A stretch of DNA of 64,000 bases from contig JAWLBL010000003.1 in assembly GCA_041687695.1 (NCBI GenBank), positions 23,660 to 87,659 on the forward strand, read 5' to 3'. A program made the position numbers and the translations under genes. The stretch comes from Myxococcota bacterium (lineage in GTDB: Bacteria > Myxococcota_A > UBA9042 > PHBI01 > JAWLBL01). This document shows positions 35,861 through 46,339 of this stretch, piece after piece (the first letter of the stretch is position 1; each line of letters opens with the position of its first letter). The notes under the pieces were generated by a model that had not been told where the DNA came from, did not search any database, and was given only the letters and a program-made list of their open reading frames with translations.

Positions 35861-36720
35861 GCGAGGTCGCGCTGTCGGTGGTGGTCCCGGTCTTCAACGA
35901 GGGGCCCATCCTGCAGGCCCTCGTGAGCCGGCTCGAGGCCGCGCTGCGCGACCCGGCCCTCGGGGCCGAGGGCCCGACCGAGCTGATCCTGGTCGACGAC
36001 GCCTCGACCGACGGCAGCGGCGACGCTCTGGCCGCCCTGCAGGCCGAAGGGCGCCTCGCGCACCTGCGGCTGCCTCGCAACCGCGGCCAGTGGGGGGCCA
36101 CCCGCGCCGGGCTGCAGGCGGCCCGCGGCCGGTGTGTGGCCGTGCTGGACGGCGACCTGCAGGACCCGCCCGAGCTCCTGCCCCAGGTCTTCGCCGCCCT
36201 GCGCGGCCGGCCCGACCTCGAGGTCGCCTTCGCGGTGAAGGCCTCGCGCGACGACCCGGCCTGGTTCCTGCTGGGCCACCGGGTCTTCTCGCTGGCGCAG
36301 GCCGCGCTCGGCGCCGCCGCCCCGCCCCGCGGGGCCGGCAGCTACTGCGTGATGCGCCGTCCGCTGGCCCAGGCGGTCGCCCGGGTCCCGCTGCGCCAGG
36401 CCAACCTGGCGGCGCTGGTCGCCGCGGCCCGCGCGCGCGGGGCGACCGTCCCCTACGACAAGGCGGCCCGCTACGACGAGCGCTCGCGCGTCGGCCCCTG
36501 GGGCCTGGCCCGCGAGGCCGTCGGCTCGATGCTGGTCACCGGCGCCTTGGAGCGCCTGGCCCTCGCCGCCGGCGTCACCGCCCTGCTGACCGGCGCCGCC
36601 ACCACGCCCGTCGCCCCGCCGCTGGGGCTCGGCCTGGCGCTGGGAGGCCTGGCGCTGACCGGGACCGGCCTCGCCCTCCGCCACCGCCGCAGCGCGCTCC
36701 GCGCCGCGCTGGTCCGCTAG
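35857..36720 (+). CDS. GT2 polyprenyl-phosphate glycosyltransferase (ArnC/GtrB-like)
   Basis: GTGA overlap. VVVPVFNE, VDDASTD, RNRGQ, DGDLQDPPE and two C-terminal TM helices. Confidence 0.88.
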   Translation: MSEVALSVVVPVFNEGPILQALVSRLEAALRDPALGAEGPTELILVDDASTDGSGDALAALQAEGRLAHLRLPRNRGQWGATRAGLQAARGRCVAVLDGDLQDPPELLPQVFAALRGRPDLEVAFAVKASRDDPAWFLLGHRVFSLAQAALGAAAPPRGAGSYCVMRRPLAQAVARVPLRQANLAALVAAARARGATVPYDKAARYDERSRVGPWGLAREAVGSMLVTGALERLALAAGVTALLTGAATTPVAPPLGLGLALGGLALTGTGLALRHRRSALRAALVR

Positions 36721-38270
36721 AGGATCGGCGTCTTCGGGAAGTCCTCGCGGCCGCGCACGGCGTCCTCGAGGGCGACCATGGCGGCCAGGACCAGGTCCTC
36801 GCGGAAGGGCCTGGCGACGACCTGCACGCCCACCGGCAGCCCGGCCGAGCCGGCCTCGACCAGGGCGGCCTTCTTCTCGAGCCGGTCGCGCGCGTCGGGG
36901 CGCGCGGTCTCGTCGGGGCGCACCCGGGTGACGCCGACCACGCCGGCCGGGAAGTTCAGCAGGTTGTAGCGCATCGAGTACGAGCCGGCCGGGCTGAACT
37001 CGTCGAAGTGGCCGTGGCCCAGGGCCGGCGTGACGTGCGCCGGGCAGAGCACCACGTCCACCCCGGCCTGGTTCCAGGCGGCCAGCACGCGCTGGCGCAG
37101 GCTGGAGCGCTGGCCCGACAGCTGCCAGTAGCGCGTGACGGGCTTTTCGCCCAGGTTCGACAGGATGCCCTGCACGCGCCACTCGCCCTTCATGCCCATC
37201 ACCGTGGCGGCGGCCTGGCGGATCAGCGTCGGCAGGCTGTTGGTGCGCACCAGGCCCTTGAGCTGCTCGATGGGCGGCTCGCCCTGAAGGCGCGCCCGCA
37301 CGGTGGCGCCGCCGTCGCTCGACAGCGCCGCGAAGTAGACCTCCATCAGCTCGCGCTGCGCCGGCGGTGTGAACTCGACCACCGTCGCGCCGGCCGCCTC
37401 GAGCGCCCGGGCCGCCTCGCGCACGCCGCGCGCCTGCGACGCCGCGGCCGCCAGGTAGCCGTCGTCCACGTAGAAGCCGACCCTCAGCCCTCGCACGTCG
37501 ACGCCCGCCGGGTCGGCCGTCGGCAGCGGCGCCGTGTGGGGGTCGTGCTCGGCGTGCAGCGGCGAGTCGATGGCCCGGAACAGCAGCGCCACGTCGCGCG
37601 CCGTCCGCGCCATCGGCCCGCACTGCCCGCGCACGATCTCCTGGCCCATCATCGCCGTGTGCGAGCCGATGTTCGACCAGCGGTCCAGCGTCGGCTTGAG
37701 CCCCGCGATGCCGCAGAAGGCCGCCGGCACGCGGATGGAGCCGCCGATGTCGGTGCCGACCCCCCAGGGGCTCATCCCGGCCGCGATGGCCGCCGACTCG
37801 CCGCCGCTGGACCCGCCGGGGACGCGGTCCAGGTTCCACGGGTTCTTCGTGCAGCCCCAGATGGGGTTGTCGGTCTCGTGGCAGAGCAGCAGCTGGGGCA
37901 CGTTGGTCTTGCCCAGCACGATGGCGCCGGCCTCGCGCAGCAGGCGCACGGTCACCGCGTCCGTCTGCTCGATCTGCTTCAGCCGGTTCTTGATGCCCAG
38001 CGTCACCGGGTGCCCGGCGGTGGCCATCGACTCCTTGATGCTGATCGGCACCCCGTGCAGCGCCGGCAGCGCCTCGCCCCGCGCCCGCCGCGCGTCGGCC
38101 TCCCGCGCCTGGGCCAGCGCCTGCTCGTCGAAGCGGTGCACATAGGCCCCGACCCGCCCGTCCACCGCGTCGATGCGGTCCAGGTAGGCGCGCACCGCCT
38201 CCTCGGACGACACCTCGCCCGACCGGATGTGCCCCGCCAGCTCGCTCGCCGTCAGCTCGTGAATCTTCAT
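36717..38270 (-). CDS. Amidase-signature family enzyme (FAAH-like)
   Basis: LHGVPISIKE, GKTNVP, PGGSSGGE, GTDIGGSIRVPA (Ser-cisSer-Lys triad) and GLPVGVQ. Confidence 0.9.
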   Translation of the reverse strand: MKIHELTASELAGHIRSGEVSSEEAVRAYLDRIDAVDGRVGAYVHRFDEQALAQAREADARRARGEALPALHGVPISIKESMATAGHPVTLGIKNRLKQIEQTDAVTVRLLREAGAIVLGKTNVPQLLLCHETDNPIWGCTKNPWNLDRVPGGSSGGESAAIAAGMSPWGVGTDIGGSIRVPAAFCGIAGLKPTLDRWSNIGSHTAMMGQEIVRGQCGPMARTARDVALLFRAIDSPLHAEHDPHTAPLPTADPAGVDVRGLRVGFYVDDGYLAAAASQARGVREAARALEAAGATVVEFTPPAQRELMEVYFAALSSDGGATVRARLQGEPPIEQLKGLVRTNSLPTLIRQAAATVMGMKGEWRVQGILSNLGEKPVTRYWQLSGQRSSLRQRVLAAWNQAGVDVVLCPAHVTPALGHGHFDEFSPAGSYSMRYNLLNFPAGVVGVTRVRPDETARPDARDRLEKKAALVEAGSAGLPVGVQVVARPFREDLVLAAMVALEDAVRGREDFPKTPIL

Positions 38271-38370
38271 GGCCGCAGCATTCCACGCCGCGCGCCCGCT
38301 GTCAGCTGGATCGGGCCGGATGGAGGTTGGGACGCGATGTGTTAGGTTCGGTGCGCCCTGGAGGTTGTCC

Positions 38371-38940
38371 ATGTACCAGCCCATGACTGTCCCCGCCGCA
38401 TACCGGGTTGGCTGGCGCGAGTGGCTGGCTTTGCCCGAGACCCATCTCTTCTGTGAGATCCTGGATGGCGAGGTTCACATGTCACCGGCTCCCAGCGTTC
38501 TGCATCAGACGGTGGCCGGCGAGTTGTTTGCACGCCTGCGGGAGCACGTCCGTTCCGGCGACCTCGGGCGCGTCTTCATCGCACCGCTCGGGGTGAGGTT
38601 GAGTGAAGAGGACGTGGTCGAGCCCGACGTGGTCGTCGTGCTTCGGCCTCATCTATCCAGGATCGCAGAGGCTGGCTTGCTCGGAGCACCCGATCTGGTC
38701 GTCGAAGTCCTGTCACCGGGAACCGCCGGTCGGGACCTCGGGATCAAGCGTCGCCTCTACGAGCGTTACGGAGTCCCCGAGTACTGGATCGCCGATCCCC
38801 ATGCGCGCGTGGTCGAGGTCTTGTCCCTCACCGGCACGGGGTACAAGCAGGCTGGCCTGTTCCGGCGCGAGGACGCTCTGACCTCGCCGCTGCTGCCCGG
38901 CCTCGAGATCCCGCTGGGCGAGGTCTTCCCCGCCGAGTGA
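38371..38940 (+). CDS. Uma2 family PD-(D/E)XK endonuclease-like protein
   Basis: GGAGG RBS. EILDG, SPAP..HQ, EPD, APDLVVEVLSP, KRRLY..GVPEYWI motifs. Confidence 0.92.
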   Translation: MYQPMTVPAAYRVGWREWLALPETHLFCEILDGEVHMSPAPSVLHQTVAGELFARLREHVRSGDLGRVFIAPLGVRLSEEDVVEPDVVVVLRPHLSRIAEAGLLGAPDLVVEVLSPGTAGRDLGIKRRLYERYGVPEYWIADPHARVVEVLSLTGTGYKQAGLFRREDALTSPLLPGLEIPLGEVFPAE

Positions 38941-39002
38941 GCTTGGAGGCGAGCCGCCCCGAGTGCTAGCTTGGCCGCCTCTCTCTCCCAAAGAGGCGGC
39001 GC

Positions 39003-40655
39003 ATGCGCGTGGTGGCGAAGGGTTGTCGTGTGCTCGGGGTGGTCGCCGGCCTGGGGCTGGCCGCGTGTTCGGGCGATGCCCAGGTCCAGAGCGTCGCGGA
39101 CGTCGACGCCGCCGAGACGCCGGACGAGGGCGACGCGGCCGACGACGCTTCGGATGACGCGCCGGACGCCAAGGAGCCGCTGGCCGAGTACCAGTTCCCG
39201 CCGGGGTTCCTGTTCGGCACCGCCGTGGCCGGCTTCCAGGTCGACATGGGCTGCCCGACCCTGCCCGCCAGCGAGTGCGAGGACCCCAACAGCGACTGGT
39301 ACCAGTTCGTCACCTCGCCGGTGACGCTCGAGTCGGCCCAGACCTACCTGGCCGGCCACCCGCCCAGCGACGGCCCCGGCTTCTGGGAGCTGTTCGAGGC
39401 CGACCTGGACCGCGCCGCGGACGAGCTGAACACCAACGCCTTCCGCTTCAGCCTCGAGTGGAGCCGCATCTTCCCGAACGCGACCGACGCCCTCGACGGC
39501 TACGACGCCCTGAAGGCCGCCGCCGACCCGGACGCCCTGGCCAGGTACCACGCCATCCTGGACGCCGCCCGCGCCCGCGGCCTGGACCCGCTCGTCACCA
39601 TCAACCACTACACGCTGCCCACCTGGATCCACGACGGCCCCGGCTGCCACGCCGATCTGGCCGGCTGCTCGCCCCGCGGCTGGCTCGACAAGGACCGCAC
39701 CGTCACCGAGATCGCCAAGTTCGCCGGCTTCGCCGCCCGCGAGTTCGGCGCCAAGGTCGACCGCTGGGCCACCCTGAACGAGCCCTTCGCGGTCCTCTTG
39801 CCCGGCTACATCTTCCCCAGCGCCGAGCGCACCAACCCGCCGGCCCGCCTGATGGCGTTCGACGAGGCCAAGGTCGTCTTCGCCGCCCTGGTCGAGGCCC
39901 ACGCCCGCATGTACGACGCGGTCAAGGCCGCCGACACCGTCGACGCCGACGCCGACGGGGCCGCCTCGCTGGTCGGCGTCGTCTACGGCGCCGCCGCCAC
40001 CGGCCCCAAGGACCCCACCAGCGCCCTCGACAAGGTCGCCGCCGAGAACGTCTTCTACCTGTGGAACATGGCCTACATGAACGCGGTCGTCCTGGGCCAG
40101 TACGACGGCGAGCTGGACGGCACCGCGGTCCCCCGCGCCGATCTGCAGGGCCGCATGGACTACCTGGGCATCAACTACTACACGCGCACCATGGTCGAGG
40201 GCACCGAGGGCGCGACCCTGCCGGATCTGTCGCCGCTGACGACCTTCAACCCGCTGGGCATCTCGGCCTTCAACGACGACCCGCAGGGCCTGCACGAGCT
40301 GATGATGCGCCTGACCGACGCCTTCCCGGGCGTGCCCATCGTCATCACCGAGAACGGCTCGTTCGCCCCCGAGGACAACGGCCCCGAGTACGTCGTGCAG
40401 CACCTGGCCTGGCTGTGGCGCGCCATCCGCGACGGCGCCGACGTGCGCGGCTACTTCTACTGGACCCTGCTCGACAACTACGAGTGGAACCACGGGATGG
40501 ACATCCGCATGGGGCTGTACGCCGTCGGCGACGCGCAGGACAAGCCCCGCACCGCCCGGGCCCACGCCGCCGTCTACGCCCGCATCGCCGACGAGGGCGC
40601 CATCCCTGCGGATCTGGCCGCGCAGCACGGCCCGCCCGAGGAGCCCGCCGAATGA
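39003..40655 (+). CDS. Glycoside hydrolase family 1 lipoprotein
   Basis: Lipobox LGLAAC, FLFGTAVAGFQ, RFSLEWSRI, TLNEP (acid/base), ITENG (nucleophile) and DNYEW. Confidence 0.92.
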   Translation: MRVVAKGCRVLGVVAGLGLAACSGDAQVQSVADVDAAETPDEGDAADDASDDAPDAKEPLAEYQFPPGFLFGTAVAGFQVDMGCPTLPASECEDPNSDWYQFVTSPVTLESAQTYLAGHPPSDGPGFWELFEADLDRAADELNTNAFRFSLEWSRIFPNATDALDGYDALKAAADPDALARYHAILDAARARGLDPLVTINHYTLPTWIHDGPGCHADLAGCSPRGWLDKDRTVTEIAKFAGFAAREFGAKVDRWATLNEPFAVLLPGYIFPSAERTNPPARLMAFDEAKVVFAALVEAHARMYDAVKAADTVDADADGAASLVGVVYGAAATGPKDPTSALDKVAAENVFYLWNMAYMNAVVLGQYDGELDGTAVPRADLQGRMDYLGINYYTRTMVEGTEGATLPDLSPLTTFNPLGISAFNDDPQGLHELMMRLTDAFPGVPIVITENGSFAPEDNGPEYVVQHLAWLWRAIRDGADVRGYFYWTLLDNYEWNHGMDIRMGLYAVGDAQDKPRTARAHAAVYARIADEGAIPADLAAQHGPPEEPAE

Positions 40656-41126
40656 ACCCCACCTACAAACCCGAGCAGCGCAAGGTCCCCGGCCACATCT
40701 ACACCCCGGCCGGCTGGATGCTGGGCACCTTCCACGTCCCCAAGCGCGGCCAGTTCGTCGAGTACCTTCGGAACACGACCGGCTTCTTCCCGCTGACCGA
40801 GGTCACCCTGACCGGCAGCACCCAGAAGGTCCCCTTCTTCGCGCTGCAGCGAAGCGCGGTGCTGCTCATCGTGCCCCATCCGTCCGAGTCGCTCGGTCAG
40901 GCCGACGGCAACGGTGGCCCCGCGCTGGTGCAGCGCCCCGTCTCGTGCCTGCTCGACGCCGGCGTGGTCCACGGCACGCTCGAGCTGGGCCGCCAGATGC
41001 GCACCTCGGACTACCTGGTCAGCCACACCGGCTTTCTGGTCCTGCGCCAGGTGACCCTGCTGCTGGCCGGGCCGCAGGGCACGCTGGATCAGCGCTTCCC
41101 GACCTTGCTGGTCAACAGCGCGCGCG

Positions 41127-41155
<29 letters not shown>
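40652..41155 (+). CDS. Hypothetical protein with two internally similar halves (DUF6812-like)
   Basis: ATGA overlap. GTFHV..EYL..GFFPLTEVT resembles GTLEL..DYL..GFLVLRQVT. Confidence 0.6.
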
Positions 41156-42509
<1,354 letters not shown>

Positions 42510-42693
42510 GGGCGAGGCTCCTCTCCTTCGGCCGCGAGGGGCGGGACCGTCACCCCAGCTGCTGGGGGGGACCTCCTCGGCGGCGGCTGCGAAGGGAGTA
42601 GGGAGAGCGAGCCCATCGAAACAGGTGGCGGGCGGTCGGTCAAACCAGGGGAGGGCCAGGGGTGTAAGCACCCGGAATACGGACGCTACGGCG

Positions 42694-43827
42694 CTAGGAC
42701 AGGGCCATCTCGAAGCCCGGGTGGGGGGTGCCGAGGTCGGGCGCGCCCAGCGGCGCGTCGGGCAGGGTGACGGACAGCAGGGTCATCGGGGTCCGCTGCA
42801 CGAACAAGCCGCGGAAGGCGGGCGCGAGCGCCGAGCCGCGCGGGATCATGGCGCTCATGAAGTGCAGGCGCCGCTCGCGGAGCGTGGCGTACAGGCCCAG
42901 CAGCAGGTCGCGCAGCAGGGCCGGGTCGTCGCCCTCGATCTCGAGGTGGGTCAAGAAGGCGAAGCGGAAGCAGTCGCCCGGGCGGGGCAGGGGCTGGAAG
43001 CCGGCGACCCGGGCGCCCAGATCCCAGGCCAGGCGCTGCCAGCGCACGCCGCCGTGGTAACCCAGGACGCGGGTGCGCTTGAAGGCGCCGGTGTCCCAGG
43101 GCGCGGCGCAGGCGACGATGCGGCCGGCGCGATCGCGGACGAGGTGGAAGTCCGAGAGCCGAAAGCCGGGCCAGGTCGCCAGGCGCCGGGCCAGCAGGTC
43201 GCCCGAGAAGTCGTAGCCGAAGACGCGCTGGCGGTGGCGGCGGTCGAGGAAGGCGACCAGGGCGTCGAGATCGGCCTCGGTGGCGCGGGTGACCGGGCGG
43301 TCGGGGCGGGGCTTGGGCCGCGTGAACTGGACCGAGGTCATGTCGAAGGGGCAGTGGACGCGGGCGACGGGCTGGCCGGCGCGGGCGCCGTCGCGGCCGA
43401 GCAGGGCCGCCATGGCGCGGCGGTTGGAGTCGATGACCACCGTGTAGAACAGCTCGGCGCCGTGGCGGTCGCGGGCGGCCTCGAGCACGGCGCGGTAGCA
43501 CTCGGGGAACACGCGGGCGCCGCGCAGGGCCGCGGAGAAGCGCAGGTCGCAGAGGTAGCCGGCGGGGCGCAGGGCGCCCAGGACGTGGGCCGGGCGCACC
43601 AGCGCGCTGCCGCAGCCGACGACCTGGTCGTCCTGGACCACCGAGAAGGCCTCGGCGGCGGCCTCGACGTGCATGCGGTGGAGCGCGAAGAAGTCGGGGT
43701 CGCGCTCCTGGGTCATGTCGAGCGCGGCCTTCATGTGGATGTCGCGGAAGAGGGCGCACAGGGCCGCGTCGTCCGCGGGCCGGGCGTCGCGGAGGGACCA
43801 GCCGGGGCCCTGGGCGAGGACGGCCAA
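42694..43827 (-). CDS. GNAT-like (tandem acyltransferase fold) protein
   Basis: LRDARPADDAAL, ERDPDFF, VVGCG, GYLCDLRF and a second RATEADLDAL segment. TTG start 6 bp after the upstream stop. Confidence 0.65.
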   Translation of the reverse strand: MAVLAQGPGWSLRDARPADDAALCALFRDIHMKAALDMTQERDPDFFALHRMHVEAAAEAFSVVQDDQVVGCGSALVRPAHVLGALRPAGYLCDLRFSAALRGARVFPECYRAVLEAARDRHGAELFYTVVIDSNRRAMAALLGRDGARAGQPVARVHCPFDMTSVQFTRPKPRPDRPVTRATEADLDALVAFLDRRHRQRVFGYDFSGDLLARRLATWPGFRLSDFHLVRDRAGRIVACAAPWDTGAFKRTRVLGYHGGVRWQRLAWDLGARVAGFQPLPRPGDCFRFAFLTHLEIEGDDPALLRDLLLGLYATLRERRLHFMSAMIPRGSALAPAFRGLFVQRTPMTLLSVTLPDAPLGAPDLGTPHPGFEMALS

Positions 43828-43833
43828 CCCGGC

Positions 43834-45135
43834 TCAGGCCCGGTCGAGCAGGGCGCGGGCGCGGCGGACGGCTCGCGCGCGGGTGGCGCCGAAGGCGTCG
43901 GCGACCTGGGCGGCCGGCGCCTGGCCGTGGGCGGCGGTGGCGGCGGTCTCGAGGCGAGCGGCGGTGGCGGCCGCCTCGGGGGCCTGGGCGACGGCCTCGG
44001 CCAGCGCGTCGCGGACCGGTTGGCCGCCCTCGGCGAGGCAGAAGGCGATGACGCGCCAGGCGAGGTCGGCGTGGCCCTGCTCGTCGCGGGCGATGGCGCC
44101 CAGGGTGGCGGCGACCGCGGGGTCGGCCGCGCGCGCGTGGGAGGCCTGGGCGCGGGCGGCGGCGGCCCCTTCGCCGAGGGCGCCGTCGGTGAAGGACTCG
44201 GCGGCCAGCCGCGCCAGGCGCGCGATGCGGTCGCCGGTCATCGCGGGGGGCAGGGCGGTGGGCCGCGGGGTGACGCGCAGGCCGCCGTAGGCGCCGGCGA
44301 GATCGAAGGAGAGGGCGGCGTGGCGGACCTCGTCGCGGGCCGAGGCGTGGGCGGCGGCGACCAGATCGCGCGGGGCGCCGGCGGCGGCGAGATCGCGGGC
44401 GAGGCCCAGGAAGGAGGCGACGGACTCGTGCTCGTGGCAGCCGGCGTCGAACCAGCGGTCGGCGAGGGCGGCGCGCTCGACCGGGTCGAGGCGCGTCAGG
44501 TCGACCAGGGCCGGGCCGTCGCGGCGGGCGACCAGGTAGTGGGCCTGGGCGGCGGGGTCGTCCATGCGGAGCGGGCGGCCCTCGATGACGGTGGCGCGGA
44601 ACATGCGCTCGAAGCCCAGGGGGCGGACGACCAGGGCCAGGGTCAGCTCGGCGCCGCGGTCGTCGCCGGCGAAGGGCAGGGTGCCGCCGAGGCGCAGCCC
44701 GAAGGCCATGGCGCTGGCCTCGACGGCGCCGTGGACGCCGTGGGAGAGGCCGACCGGGTCGGGCGTGCGGCCGCCGAAGTCGGCCGAGCGGAAGGCGTAG
44801 CCGACCTCGGTGATGACCGGGACCTGGGGCGAGCCCTGCTCGGGCAGGAAGGTGCCGGCGGGGCCGACGGCGAGGCGGAGGTGCTCGAAGCCGACGAGCT
44901 GGGCGGAGGCGCTGCCGCCGAAGGCCGCCGCGTCGGTGGTGAGCGGGGTGGCGACGAGGTCGAGGCCGAAGACGAAGAAGGTGCGCTGGCCGAAGGACAG
45001 GCCCAGGGACAGGCCGTAGTTCCACGGGATGTGGGTGTCCGGGTCGAAGGCGGCGTGGGCGGGCGCGGCGGTGGCGGTCAGGGCGGCGGCGGCCGTGGCG
45101 GCGGCGAGGTGGCGGCGAGGGCGCGAGCGGGTCAT
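43834..45135 (-). CDS. Secreted myxobacterial-type ferritin-like (di-metal) domain protein
   Basis: Signal peptide ending APAHA, beta-rich N-domain, IEGRPL, HEHESVASF, DEVRHA, GALGE and DEQGHA (two ExxH motifs). Confidence 0.8.
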   Translation of the reverse strand: MTRSRPRRHLAAATAAAALTATAAPAHAAFDPDTHIPWNYGLSLGLSFGQRTFFVFGLDLVATPLTTDAAAFGGSASAQLVGFEHLRLAVGPAGTFLPEQGSPQVPVITEVGYAFRSADFGGRTPDPVGLSHGVHGAVEASAMAFGLRLGGTLPFAGDDRGAELTLALVVRPLGFERMFRATVIEGRPLRMDDPAAQAHYLVARRDGPALVDLTRLDPVERAALADRWFDAGCHEHESVASFLGLARDLAAAGAPRDLVAAAHASARDEVRHAALSFDLAGAYGGLRVTPRPTALPPAMTGDRIARLARLAAESFTDGALGEGAAAARAQASHARAADPAVAATLGAIARDEQGHADLAWRVIAFCLAEGGQPVRDALAEAVAQAPEAAATAARLETAATAAHGQAPAAQVADAFGATRARAVRRARALLDRA

Positions 45136-45174
45136 GCGGGGACTCCCGGGGCGTGGGGTGGCCCGCCGCCAGGT

Positions 45175-45190
45175 TGCATCGGGCGTGCCA
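45175..45190 (-). promoter_or_regulatory. sigma54 (-24/-12) promoter upstream of the ferritin-like gene
   Basis: Minus strand TGGCAC-GCCCG-ATGCA versus consensus TGGCAC-N5-TTGCW, about 40 bp before the ATG. Confidence 0.7.
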
Positions 45191-45277
45191 GGCGCCGCAA
45201 GGCGCGCCAGGCGGGAGATCCCGGCGCGGAAGGTGTCAAGTAGGTATACGCTTTGGGCGGCCGGGCCGGCGGAGGTG

Positions 45278-46339
45278 TCAGATCCAGAAGGTCATCTCGT
45301 CGACCCGGGGCTCGGGGGGCGGGGTGGCGCCGCCGGCGGCCGCCCAGTCGCGCAGGGCCTCGATGTGCAGGTGCAGGGTGTCGGCGGGGGTCGAGCTGAA
45401 GTCGGGCGCGCCGTGGTGGCGCAGGGCCTCGCCCTGGATGGCCATGATGTCGACGTCCTGCTGGATGACCTTGCGCGTGTACCAGGGCAATAGACGCGAG
45501 GCGAGCGGGGTCAGGGCGCCGAGCTTGTAGGAGATGAGGGTGAAGACGCGGGTCTCGAAGGGGCGGACCGGGGTGCAGGTCGAGGTGATGACGAAGGCGC
45601 GTCCGCCGCGGTCGGGGTCGCCGAAGACGTAGTCGACCCGGGTGTTGTTGGGCATGTAGAACTTGTCGGTGTGCACCATCGGCAGGCGCCCCGGGTTCAG
45701 GATGCGCTCGGTGAAGCCGATGGAGTCGCGCGGCTGGTCGTAGGTGACGAGCACGCTGTCGGCCGTGCGCTCGACGGTGGTGCGGACGCGCTTTTGGCCG
45801 CGGGTGCGGAACCAGCCCTTGTGGACGAAGACGGTGTGCGGGACGTCCATGAAGTTCTCGACGAGGTGGGTGACCTCGTTGGCGAACATCGTCTCCATGT
45901 AGTAGGCGCCCCAGCCCGGCTCGTCGTGATGGGGCATGGGGAACGGGTCCTTGTCGGGCGGAGCGTCGGGGCCGCCCATCCAGACCCAGACCAGGCCGTC
46001 CTGCTCGCGGGTGGGGAAGGCCTCGAGGCGGCGGTCCGTCGGCGGGCAGGCGTCGGGGCCCTCGGAGGGGACGCCGACGCAGCGGCCCTGGGCGTCGTAG
46101 GTCCAGCCGTGGTAGGGGCAGCCGATCTTGCCGTCGAAGAGGTCGCCGCGGCTGAGCAGGGCGTTGCGGTGCAGGCAGCGGTCGCTCAGGGCGACGGCGC
46201 GGCCGGCGGCGTCGCGCCACAGGACCAGCATCTCGTCCATGACGACGCGGCCCAGCGGCCGACGGGCGGTGACCTGGTGGGACTGGGCGGCGGCGTACCA
46301 GTAGTCCTTGAGCAGCCCGCAGCTGCGGCGCATCGTCAC
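45278..46339 (-). CDS. Rieske non-heme iron oxygenase alpha subunit (VanA/KshA-like)
   Basis: DRCLHR...CPYHGW (Rieske ligands), ENFMDVPHTVFVH and QQD (mononuclear Fe triad). Confidence 0.92.
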   Translation of the reverse strand: MTMRRSCGLLKDYWYAAAQSHQVTARRPLGRVVMDEMLVLWRDAAGRAVALSDRCLHRNALLSRGDLFDGKIGCPYHGWTYDAQGRCVGVPSEGPDACPPTDRRLEAFPTREQDGLVWVWMGGPDAPPDKDPFPMPHHDEPGWGAYYMETMFANEVTHLVENFMDVPHTVFVHKGWFRTRGQKRVRTTVERTADSVLVTYDQPRDSIGFTERILNPGRLPMVHTDKFYMPNNTRVDYVFGDPDRGGRAFVITSTCTPVRPFETRVFTLISYKLGALTPLASRLLPWYTRKVIQQDVDIMAIQGEALRHHGAPDFSSTPADTLHLHIEALRDWAAAGGATPPPEPRVDEMTFWI

